From IMG/VR virus record IMGVR_UViG_3300027734_000064: a stretch of DNA of 20,000 bases; one strand, 5' to 3'. The position numbers and the translations under genes were made by a program. Of the stretch, positions 9,745-16,352 are shown one piece after another. This DNA is from an uncultured virus (IMG/VR IMGVR_UViG_3300027734_000064). Lineage: Duplodnaviria > Heunggongvirae > Uroviricota > Caudoviricetes > Crassvirales. Positions within the stretch are counted from its first letter, which is position 1. Each line of letters starts with the position of its first letter. A model generated the notes under the pieces. That model was not told the DNA's origin. It ran no database searches and saw only the letters and a list, made by a program, of their open reading frames with translations.

Positions 9745-9890
9745 TATTTCTTCTTTGCCGTCTTTGCAGATTGCTTGAATGCTTTTGCGGTTGGAGCGCC
9801 TTTAGTGCCAGGTTTTCTCATTGTCTCACCGCTACCGGCTTCAATGCGCTTCTTCTTTGCATTTACATTTGCGTATAGTCCTTGTTTCAT
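9744..9890 (-). CDS. Basic microprotein (48 aa)
   Basis: Read directly: MKQGLYANVNAKKKRIEAGSGETMRKPGTKGAPTAKAFKQSAKTAKKK. Has ATGA and TAATG overlaps on either side. Confidence 0.8.
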   Translation of the reverse strand: MKQGLYANVNAKKKRIEAGSGETMRKPGTKGAPTAKAFKQSAKTAKKK

Positions 9891-10078
9891 TTTGTAAATT
9901 TTTCTGCTACTGTTCCAATACCGTATGCGATAGATATGTATTCTACAGCCTCTATTGCCTTTAATTCTTTATACATAAACATATAAGCGATTAAGGATAT
10001 AAACCCAATTGCACCAAGAACTCTCTTATGAGATACTCCTTCGCTTGACGATAACATATCTACAAAGAACTTTTTCAT
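9887..10078 (-). CDS. Putative holin
   Basis: 63 aa with two hydrophobic segments, an S-x-KR motif before the first TM and a basic C-terminus. Confidence 0.5.
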   Translation of the reverse strand: MKKFFVDMLSSSEGVSHKRVLGAIGFISLIAYMFMYKELKAIEAVEYISIAYGIGTVAEKFTK

Positions 10079-10407
10079 TGTAATATATCTGATTGTGCAC
10101 TTGTGATTTTCATTAATAATCCGCCTTCAACTCTCTTTGCTTCGCGCCCATTGTTTAACACGATGATTGTTGGAACGGTCTTAACTTTCATTTTATCTTT
10201 TAGTTCTGGAAACTTGTCTAAAGATAAAAAGTAATATTTTACTCCGTTAACTGTTTTCCACTGGTAAGTATTTACTTTGTTCCATTCGTAGTTAATCTGA
10301 ACTACTGTCTTACCATCATTTAAGTTTGGAACTCCTTGTTCTGGTTTCTTGAATCCAAACCAGATTGCTGTTGACAGCAATGCAAGTATTATTAAAAATG
10401 TTTTCAT
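10075..10407 (-). CDS. Exported or membrane-anchored thioredoxin-fold protein lacking CxxC
   Basis: N-terminal hydrophobic signal, then VVQINYEW-NKVN in place of WCxxC, and FPEL..KMKVKTVPTIIVLNNGREAKRVEG (cis-Pro VPT motif). Confidence 0.7.
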   Translation of the reverse strand: MKTFLIILALLSTAIWFGFKKPEQGVPNLNDGKTVVQINYEWNKVNTYQWKTVNGVKYYFLSLDKFPELKDKMKVKTVPTIIVLNNGREAKRVEGGLLMKITSAQSDILQ

Positions 10408-10676
10408 CTCATTAAGCGTTCTTCCATTTTTTCAAGTCTCAAATCAATTTTCTCAACCTTGCGATCTATGTTATCTACTGTTGTTCGTAGTAACTGATCT
10501 TTTAGCTGATACTCTTCTGCTGATACCGCTGGTTTAGGTAAACTCTTCGCCTCTTCAATGTCAGATGAGAGCTTATAGTAAACTCCCATTAACGATGCCA
10601 ACCCACACACAATAACTACCAGAAACTCAAGCGTAAGTGTGAATTTCGTGTTTTTATTAACCTCAAGGCTTTCCAT
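10404..10676 (-). CDS. Single-TM coiled-coil membrane protein
   Basis: One TM segment (FLVVIVCGLASLMGVYY) and a C-terminal heptad coil. Confidence 0.7.
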   Translation of the reverse strand: MESLEVNKNTKFTLTLEFLVVIVCGLASLMGVYYKLSSDIEEAKSLPKPAVSAEEYQLKDQLLRTTVDNIDRKVEKIDLRLEKMEERLMR

Positions 10677-10834
10677 TATTCTTCAGTAACTTCGCCAAAC
10701 TCAATGCTTGGTTGTTCGTTAATTTTTTCTAATGCTTTTACAATGTTTGTAACTTCAACAAGGTTAAAGCAACCTTTAGCGATAGCAATGTTTAATGCTT
10801 CTGCGATGATTTGTTTTGCTGTATTTGTTTCCAT
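10676..10834 (-). CDS. Hypothetical 52-aa helical protein
   Basis: Read directly: METNTAKQIIAEALNIAIAKGCFNLVEVTNIVKALEKINEQPSIEFGEVTEE. TAATG overlap with the next gene. Confidence 0.7.
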   Translation of the reverse strand: METNTAKQIIAEALNIAIAKGCFNLVEVTNIVKALEKINEQPSIEFGEVTEE

Positions 10835-10840
10835 GATTTT

Positions 10841-11173
10841 TTAATTTAATGTCCAAGGTAAAGGTGTGTTTTCTGGAGATACAGGAGGATTTATTTGAGA
10901 ATCGATTTGACCTTGAATACAAGCCTCTATGTTGCTTACGCCATCTACTCCCAATCCATTTTGAATCCAAGTTGTAACAATGTCGTTTGTTAAATCTTCA
11001 TAAGGAATAAATGTAGAAACCGAAGCGGTTGAAAATTGTGCTACATTGCTTAAAGATGCCGTATAAACGCCATCAACTCCTGTTACGTCATAATAAGCAG
11101 TAACTACATAGTTCTGCTCGTTTTCGATTGTTTTCGTGTAAAGGGTAGTTACTACCCAAGTATAGTTTGTCAT
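10841..11173 (-). CDS. Fibre-associated protein (possible assembly chaperone)
   Basis: 110 aa with YTW...FIPYEDLT..IV..W...LG and a terminal LPW, a pattern commonly seen right after phage fibre genes. Confidence 0.6.
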   Translation of the reverse strand: MTNYTWVVTTLYTKTIENEQNYVVTAYYDVTGVDGVYTASLSNVAQFSTASVSTFIPYEDLTNDIVTTWIQNGLGVDGVSNIEACIQGQIDSQINPPVSPENTPLPWTLN

Positions 11174-11177
11174 AGTT

Positions 11178-12521
11178 TTATGCTTTTAATAAAATTTTAT
11201 AATCTGTTCCATTAATTTTAACAGTCCAAGTTCTATCTGATACGACTGTTTCTGTTGTTACCGTTCCTACGTTTAATCCTGCCGTTGAACTACCTACTAC
11301 AAATTGATTGGATGCGGTAGCACTTGCACTACGACCTAATATAACACAACTAGATTGACCTGCACTAGATGAACTATCTCCTACAATAACATTATTTAAT
11401 CCATTTGGTCCTACACTTGTAGACCTACCAATTACTACGTTTTGTGCTGCACCTGTTCCACCCGGACACGCATTGTAACCTATATAAACATTATTGCCAC
11501 CTGTAGTAGTTCCAACTCCTGCTTGATACCCTATAGCAATATTGTTATCTGCTGTAGATGCCGTTAACGCTTGATAACCGATTGCTACTAATCCTGTGCC
11601 TGTTGAGTTGGCTGCACCTGCGTCTTGACCTATTCCTATATTTTGTGATGCATTATTCGTTATCAATGCACCACGACCTATTGCCACGCAAGAACTTCCT
11701 GTAGTTATACTATTAAGAGCATTTGCTCCAATTGCGGTATTGTTAACACCACTAGTATTTGCTACTAACGATTGAAAACCTACTGCGGTATTATTTGCGC
11801 CTGTAGAAACTCTTAACGCTTGATAACCTAAAGCGGTAACTCCTGTTCCACTTGTATTAGTTAATAAAGCCTCATAACCAACAGCCGTATTATTTGAAGC
11901 TGTGTTATTTTGTAATGCTGTTCTACCTATTGCTACGTTATTGTTTCCTGCAATATTATTTTGCAAAGAACGACCTCCTAAAGCAATATTACCTGTTCCC
12001 GTAGTTATAGAAGTTGCGGATAAATAACCTACAGCCGTATTGCTACCCGCAGTTGAAACTCTTAACGCTTGGTAACCTACTGCGGTAGTTTCTGATCCAG
12101 TTACGTTTAAAGCCAAAGTTTGAGATCCTATAGCAGTATTACCGTCTGCAGTAGTATTTAATCTCAAAGCATGCTTACCAAAAGCAGTATTAAAGCTTCC
12201 TGTATTTGATAATAATGCTTCATGTCCAAAAGCTGTATTACTGCCACCTATCAAGTTAGCAGTCAATGCACTTAATCCAAACGCAGCGTTATCAACACCC
12301 GTTGTATTGCTATCTAAAGCCCCTTGCCCAAAAGCAGTATTTGATGTTATCGCTCCACCACCATAATTTGTTATATCTAAAGTAGATAACAAAATAGCTG
12401 AATCGTTTCCAGCTCCATCTGTTATTCTTTTTAATGTTGTAGTAAGAGCACCTGAATCTGTTGTTTTAATTAAACCAGTATACGTGTCTTGCGGTTTTGT
12501 ACCTAATAATGTAGTTCCCAT
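11178..12521 (-). CDS. Fibre/adhesin with ~14-aa beta-roll repeats (YadA-head-like)
   Basis: 447 aa with many NTA(V/F/I)GxxAL..NTxG repeats, near-identical TAxGYQALRVST units, and a C-terminal WTVKINGTDYKILL knob. Confidence 0.75.
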   Translation of the reverse strand: MGTTLLGTKPQDTYTGLIKTTDSGALTTTLKRITDGAGNDSAILLSTLDITNYGGGAITSNTAFGQGALDSNTTGVDNAAFGLSALTANLIGGSNTAFGHEALLSNTGSFNTAFGKHALRLNTTADGNTAIGSQTLALNVTGSETTAVGYQALRVSTAGSNTAVGYLSATSITTGTGNIALGGRSLQNNIAGNNNVAIGRTALQNNTASNNTAVGYEALLTNTSGTGVTALGYQALRVSTGANNTAVGFQSLVANTSGVNNTAIGANALNSITTGSSCVAIGRGALITNNASQNIGIGQDAGAANSTGTGLVAIGYQALTASTADNNIAIGYQAGVGTTTGGNNVYIGYNACPGGTGAAQNVVIGRSTSVGPNGLNNVIVGDSSSSAGQSSCVILGRSASATASNQFVVGSSTAGLNVGTVTTETVVSDRTWTVKINGTDYKILLKA

Positions 12522-12532
12522 TTTTTATTTTT

Positions 12533-12670
12533 TTATAAACAATTGTTCCAATTTGTATTTATATTGTTCCAATTTTGTGCATTGTACAAGTTCCAGTTAG
12601 TCGTAGCAAAACAAACTCCAATAGATCCATTAAATGATGTTGCTATCTCAATGACGATACCAATAATCAT
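12533..12670 (-). CDS. 45-aa microprotein with triple NWN repeat
   Basis: Read directly: MIIGIVIEIATSFNGSIGVCFATTNWNLYNAQNWNNINTNWNNCL. Starts 1 nt after the upstream stop. Confidence 0.65.
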   Translation of the reverse strand: MIIGIVIEIATSFNGSIGVCFATTNWNLYNAQNWNNINTNWNNCL

Positions 12671-12671
12671 A

Positions 12672-12926
12672 TTACCAGATCGCTACAATATTTGATGCCG
12701 CTGTTCCGGTTGCAAACACTTGAAGTACTTGTACCGGCATATATCCAACTGGATGATTAGCAAACAAAACATTATCACCACCAACTGTTTGAACAGTAAT
12801 ATTACCTGCGGTTCCAATGTATAGAACGCATCCATTACTGATGCCATTCATTACTGAGGGAATTAATGCTGAATCTGATGGGGTCACAGCTGCTGCTCTG
12901 TACCCCTGAAGTTTTTGATATGCCAT
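12672..12926 (-). CDS. Head spike base protein (RcGTA Rcc01079-like)
   Basis: The AAAVTPSD...LYIGTAGNITV...G..V.F...G.MPVQV.QVFATGT...IVA pattern is characteristic of this family. Confidence 0.7.
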   Translation of the reverse strand: MAYQKLQGYRAAAVTPSDSALIPSVMNGISNGCVLYIGTAGNITVQTVGGDNVLFANHPVGYMPVQVLQVFATGTAASNIVAIW

Positions 12927-12935
12927 AATTTTCTA

Positions 12936-12943
12936 CAAATATA
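12936..12943 (-). promoter_or_regulatory. -7 promoter box TATATTTG
   Basis: Intergenic, 9 nt upstream of the ATG at 12926. Confidence 0.6.
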
Positions 12944-12955
12944 GTTATTTTTGGT

Positions 12956-13240
12956 TTAGCACTTCCATCTTTTTCTGGCCTGCCTTAATCTTGAATTAGG
13001 ATCAGCAGCTGCCTTCGGGAAGTCTTTCATTTGCCCAGCACTACGCGCACAGAATGACTTACGTCTTTTTGCGTCAGCACTGCCAGGCTTTACTTCACCC
13101 GTCACGGCGGTCTGAAGTTTTGAAGATGGGTTGGCTTTACGGTATGCCGCAACGCCTTTCGCTGTCATGCCGGCACCTTTACTTGTCGGCAAGTAGTTTG
13201 CACCTTTGCCCTTTGTTGTTTTAGGTATAGACTTTGCCAT
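12956..13240 (-). CDS. Basic phage protein (DUF6321-like)
   Basis: GAGMTAKG...NP..KL...RRKSFCAR...DPNSRLRQARKRWKC signature. Confidence 0.65.
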   Translation of the reverse strand: MAKSIPKTTKGKGANYLPTSKGAGMTAKGVAAYRKANPSSKLQTAVTGEVKPGSADAKRRKSFCARSAGQMKDFPKAAADPNSRLRQARKRWKC

Positions 13241-13241
13241 A

Positions 13242-13367
13242 TTATTTTCCTTGCCCTCTATATTTCTTATCAGGCTTATTGTTTTTGCTATGAACGCCAG
13301 GTCTACTAGCCTTCGATTTCAGAGTGAACTTCTTGCTCGACTCCGTCTGCTTCTTTGGTTTCGCCAT
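13242..13367 (-). CDS. Basic microprotein ending KYRGQGK (41 aa)
   Basis: Read directly: MAKPKKQTESSKKFTLKSKASRPGVHSKNNKPDKKYRGQGK. Confidence 0.75.
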   Translation of the reverse strand: MAKPKKQTESSKKFTLKSKASRPGVHSKNNKPDKKYRGQGK

Positions 13368-13497
13368 AAGGGAATAATTCGTTTAGTTTTTGTTGTCTTG
13401 CCTCACATCCGCAATCTTCGCCCACAATAGCCTTTACAACAGCCTTTACGCCTGTCGCTTCCATTATTGCTGCAATTGTATCGCCTAATCCGTGCAT
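13306..13497 (-). CDS. Small protein with GLGDT and DCGC motifs
   Basis: The ATG at 13497 lies 6 nt after a TATATTTG box. Sequence: GLGDT...TG...DCGCEARQQKLNELFPY. Confidence 0.7.
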   Translation of the reverse strand: MHGLGDTIAAIMEATGVKAVVKAIVGEDCGCEARQQKLNELFPYGETKEADGVEQEVHSEIEG

Positions 13498-13503
13498 TTT
13501 ATG

Positions 13504-13521
13504 CAAATATAAGTATCTTTG
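13504..13521. promoter_or_regulatory. Back-to-back divergent -7 promoter boxes
   Basis: CAAATATA at 13504-13511 (minus strand TATATTTG) and TATCTTTG at 13514-13521 (plus strand), each 5-6 nt from an ATG. Confidence 0.65.
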
Positions 13522-13526
13522 TTGAT

Positions 13527-14039
13527 ATGAAAAAAACTGGAATCAAACGATGTGAAGAAAGAATTGAAAAACAAAAGATACGCGAAGCAAAGAACCATAT
13601 CCCTGCCCCAATCGAACCTATTAAGTATAATTACCTAAAATATTGGAGGCTTGTAAAGTACTGGGCACAAGTTGAAATGAGGCTAATGGAGACTGACGTA
13701 TATATGCTCTTGTACATTTACGCAGAGCGCCCCTTCACCATGACATACTTCAAGACATATGACTCAACCTTCACGCATCAGCACTCAAGGTTTGACCGCT
13801 TCCTACGCGAAGGCTATATCGTTAAGTTCAGGCAAAACTATAAGACTTACGGGACCCTCTACACCATATCATTTAAAGGCAAGAAGATCTGCGATGACAT
13901 CTATAAAATCTTAGAAGGCAAGAAGCACGTCCAAGTTGGTGGTAAGCAATACTATGTCAAGAAGGTCACGAATATCGCCCTTCGCAGAATGAAGAAAGAC
14001 ACTACGCCTGTAGAAGAACGACGACGTCCGCTTCTTTAA
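13527..14039 (+). CDS. Putative winged-helix (MarR-like) DNA-binding protein
   Basis: Start at the ATG at 13527, just after the promoter box. MLLYIY...RFDRFLREGYIVK...LYTISFKGKKIC matches a wHTH recognition helix and wing. Confidence 0.55.
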   Translation: MKKTGIKRCEERIEKQKIREAKNHIPAPIEPIKYNYLKYWRLVKYWAQVEMRLMETDVYMLLYIYAERPFTMTYFKTYDSTFTHQHSRFDRFLREGYIVKFRQNYKTYGTLYTISFKGKKICDDIYKILEGKKHVQVGGKQYYVKKVTNIALRRMKKDTTPVEERRRPLL

Positions 14040-14265
14040 TCACACCATACACAACACCCTCAATGCGCACTTGATGCCCATTGCGCTTGTCAAAGTATAT
14101 CATGTCACCCTCTTTCACTGCCACCACCTCGTTGCCAACACTCACAACAGTGCCTTTGCCGTAGCGCATCTCGTCATTCTCGACATTTGTCAATAACAAA
14201 CCAGAGGAGGTCTTAGCCTCCTCGATGATTTGATTGATGATTATGTATTTATTTACAGCTCTCAT
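14002..14265 (-). CDS. groES: Co-chaperonin GroES
   Basis: Mobile loop KTSSGLLL, then GTVVSVG, VKEGD and IEG..Y.VIKEADVV. Confidence 0.9.
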   Translation of the reverse strand: MRAVNKYIIINQIIEEAKTSSGLLLTNVENDEMRYGKGTVVSVGNEVVAVKEGDMIYFDKRNGHQVRIEGVVYGVIKEADVVVLLQA

Positions 14266-15800
14266 TTAGCTCTCATGTTATAGATGATACAATTGGTCCC
14301 TAAGATTGTCGTAGATACACTCACAGCGTTCTCTAAGGCATTCTTTGTAACTTTTGAGGGGTCTATGACACCCATCTCCTTTAAATCGCCTGTAGAGGCT
14401 GTTTTGACGTTGTATCCAAGGCCTGTTTGCGCGAAATGTTCCCTGATTATATCAGCATTGTCAGCGTTGATGCCTGCATTCTCTAAAATTAAGTAGAATG
14501 GAGCCACAATTGACGCTGCCATGATCTTTCTGGCAACACTATGCTTGTCCTTGGACCACATTTTCTCGACAATTGACAGCAATGCGTACCCACCACCCGG
14601 CAGTATCCCCTCTTCAAGGGCTGCCTTGGTCGCGCACACCGCGTCATCGACTCTGTCTTTCTTCTCTTTTTGCTCAATATCACTGCTCGCACCCACATAA
14701 ATGACAGCAACACCGCCTGCAAGGTTCGCAATGCGCTCTTCTTTGAAGCTTGCGTCGTCTGTTGTCATCCCTTTGATCTCTTCGATGCGTGCCTTCGCGC
14801 TTGCGCTGTCCTTTAGGATCACAACACTGGCATCTTTGCCAACCACGACCTTATTTGCTTGACCAAGGTCATTAATTGTCATCAATGAGAAGTCATCTCC
14901 CGTGTCATCAGTGATATATTTGCCACCTGTGGCAATTGCCAGGTCAGACATCAGCTCCTGCTTCTTATATCCAAATTGTGGAGGCAAGATCACTGCAACC
15001 TTTAATACTCCCTTCATCTTGTTAAGATTCAATGAGTTAAGTGCATTCTCTCCCATCTCAGAGATGATGAGTATGCTGCGGTTCTGTCTGTGCACCTCTG
15101 CCAAGATGTGCTCAATGCTTTGTAGTGATGAGATTTCTTGATCCGAGATAAGTATGTACGGGTTCTCCAGCACAGCTTCTTGTCTCTTCTCGTCTGTCAC
15201 CATGTACTTACTTGAGTAGCCACGCTTGATTCGCATCCCGTTCACCACCTCAGAATATGTCATGCTTGTCGATGAGTTCTCAACAGTCACAGCGCCATCC
15301 TTGCCCACTTTAATGTACGCGTCAGCCACAATCTCTCCGATCTCTTTATCGTTGTTTGCAGATATTGTTGCCACGTCAAGCAAACTGTCGTTTGTTACCG
15401 GCACAGCCATGTCGCTCAGGTCATCGATAATCTCTTTTGATACTACCACAATGTCTCTTAGCACAGATGGATCACTGCCAAGACCCTCAGCTGTATACGC
15501 GTCGATGATGGCCTCTGCGAGCACTAGGGCCGTTGAAGTTCCGTCTCCCGATATTGTTGCCGTCTTCTCGCTGGCCTCTTTCATCATTGTAACCGCAAGG
15601 TTCTCGATTGGGTCGTCAAGCACAATTGACTTGGCAACGGTGACACCGTCCTTCGTTACAACAATACCACGTGTGTGATTCTCTGACTCAATAAGGACAG
15701 TCTGTCCCATTGGTCCTAATGTAGACTTGACCGCCTTCGCTATTTTGCGAACGCCACTCATCAGTCTATCTTGGTTAAATTCAATTTCTTTTACAATCAT
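14262..15800 (-). CDS. groEL: Chaperonin GroEL (phage-encoded, divergent)
   Basis: STLGPMG, TKDGVTVAK, GDGTST, ATISANND, KEKKDRVDDAVCATKAALEEGILPGGG and GVIDP.KV motifs. No GGM tail. Confidence 0.95.
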   Translation of the reverse strand: MIVKEIEFNQDRLMSGVRKIAKAVKSTLGPMGQTVLIESENHTRGIVVTKDGVTVAKSIVLDDPIENLAVTMMKEASEKTATISGDGTSTALVLAEAIIDAYTAEGLGSDPSVLRDIVVVSKEIIDDLSDMAVPVTNDSLLDVATISANNDKEIGEIVADAYIKVGKDGAVTVENSSTSMTYSEVVNGMRIKRGYSSKYMVTDEKRQEAVLENPYILISDQEISSLQSIEHILAEVHRQNRSILIISEMGENALNSLNLNKMKGVLKVAVILPPQFGYKKQELMSDLAIATGGKYITDDTGDDFSLMTINDLGQANKVVVGKDASVVILKDSASAKARIEEIKGMTTDDASFKEERIANLAGGVAVIYVGASSDIEQKEKKDRVDDAVCATKAALEEGILPGGGYALLSIVEKMWSKDKHSVARKIMAASIVAPFYLILENAGINADNADIIREHFAQTGLGYNVKTASTGDLKEMGVIDPSKVTKNALENAVSVSTTILGTNCIIYNMRAK

Positions 15801-15807
15801 TTTGTCG

Positions 15808-15815
15808 CAAATTTA
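15808..15815 (-). promoter_or_regulatory. -7 promoter box TAAATTTG for groEL-groES
   Basis: 7 nt upstream of the ATG at 15800. Confidence 0.6.
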
Positions 15816-15818
15816 GAC

Positions 15819-15842
15819 AAAAAATGCGACATATAGCCGCAT
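15819..15842 (-). terminator. Intrinsic terminator
   Basis: Minus strand ATGCGGC-TATAT-GTCGCAT followed by TTTTT, downstream of the 15869 stop. Confidence 0.6.
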
Positions 15843-15868
15843 CTTTATAAGTTTGTTTGTTTTAAGTG

Positions 15869-16210
15869 TTAAGACTTCTTTTTTGCAATACTTTTAGCAG
15901 GTACTTTATATTTATCAAAGTTTCCAGCCTGAAACAAGTTTTTTTCTAATTGTTTACCAACTATATCTAAATCTTGACCTCTTATTTTTTTTGATTCAGA
16001 AATCATTTTGTCAGTAGTCATTGGATTCTTCATGCTTTTTGGATAACTAGCGTAGCCTCCTTCTTTTTTGTATTTTTCATAAACGCTGTTTAGTTTTTCA
16101 CGAGTGGGTCTTCTTTCTATTTCATTAGCTCTGCTTAATGATAAACTGTTTACTGGTTCCGGAGTCATGCTCAACGGATAGTCTCTGTGTTTAGGTTTTG
16201 GTCCTGCCAT
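15869..16210 (-). CDS. Basic hypothetical protein
   Basis: 113 aa with its own promoter box (16218-16225) and terminator. AT-richer than groEL. Confidence 0.7.
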   Translation of the reverse strand: MAGPKPKHRDYPLSMTPEPVNSLSLSRANEIERRPTREKLNSVYEKYKKEGGYASYPKSMKNPMTTDKMISESKKIRGQDLDIVGKQLEKNLFQAGNFDKYKVPAKSIAKKKS

Positions 16211-16217
16211 AATGGTA

Positions 16218-16225
16218 CAAATATA
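16218..16225 (-). promoter_or_regulatory. -7 promoter box TATATTTG
   Basis: 7 nt upstream of the ATG at 16210. Confidence 0.6.
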
Positions 16226-16226
16226 A

Positions 16227-16352
16227 TTATTTTATTTTTGGTTTGACTTTTGGTGCTTTGACAATTAGCTTCTTGATTAATTGCTTATTGGACTTGCCGT
16301 CCTTCTCAAGCATCTTGCCGTATACCTTGCCTAAGCCTTTGTCTTTTCTCAT
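16227..16352 (-). CDS. Lys-rich microprotein (41 aa)
   Basis: Read directly: MRKDKGLGKVYGKMLEKDGKSNKQLIKKLIVKAPKVKPKIK. ATGA overlap with the upstream stop. Confidence 0.65.
   Translation of the reverse strand: MRKDKGLGKVYGKMLEKDGKSNKQLIKKLIVKAPKVKPKIK

Noticed and set aside
10776..10970. 64-aa minus-strand ORF from the track
   Set aside because: It overlaps two better-supported genes (10841-11173 and 10676-10834).
12521..12670. Programmed frameshift or read-through fusing the NWN peptide to the fibre
   Set aside because: The two ORFs are out of frame (11-nt gap), there is no canonical slippery heptamer before the stop, and the fibre has its own A-rich leader and ATG.
12533..12670. RiPP precursor (Trp-Asn repeats as radical-SAM substrates)
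   Set aside because: No maturase or transporter is in the window, and the context is purely virion-structural.
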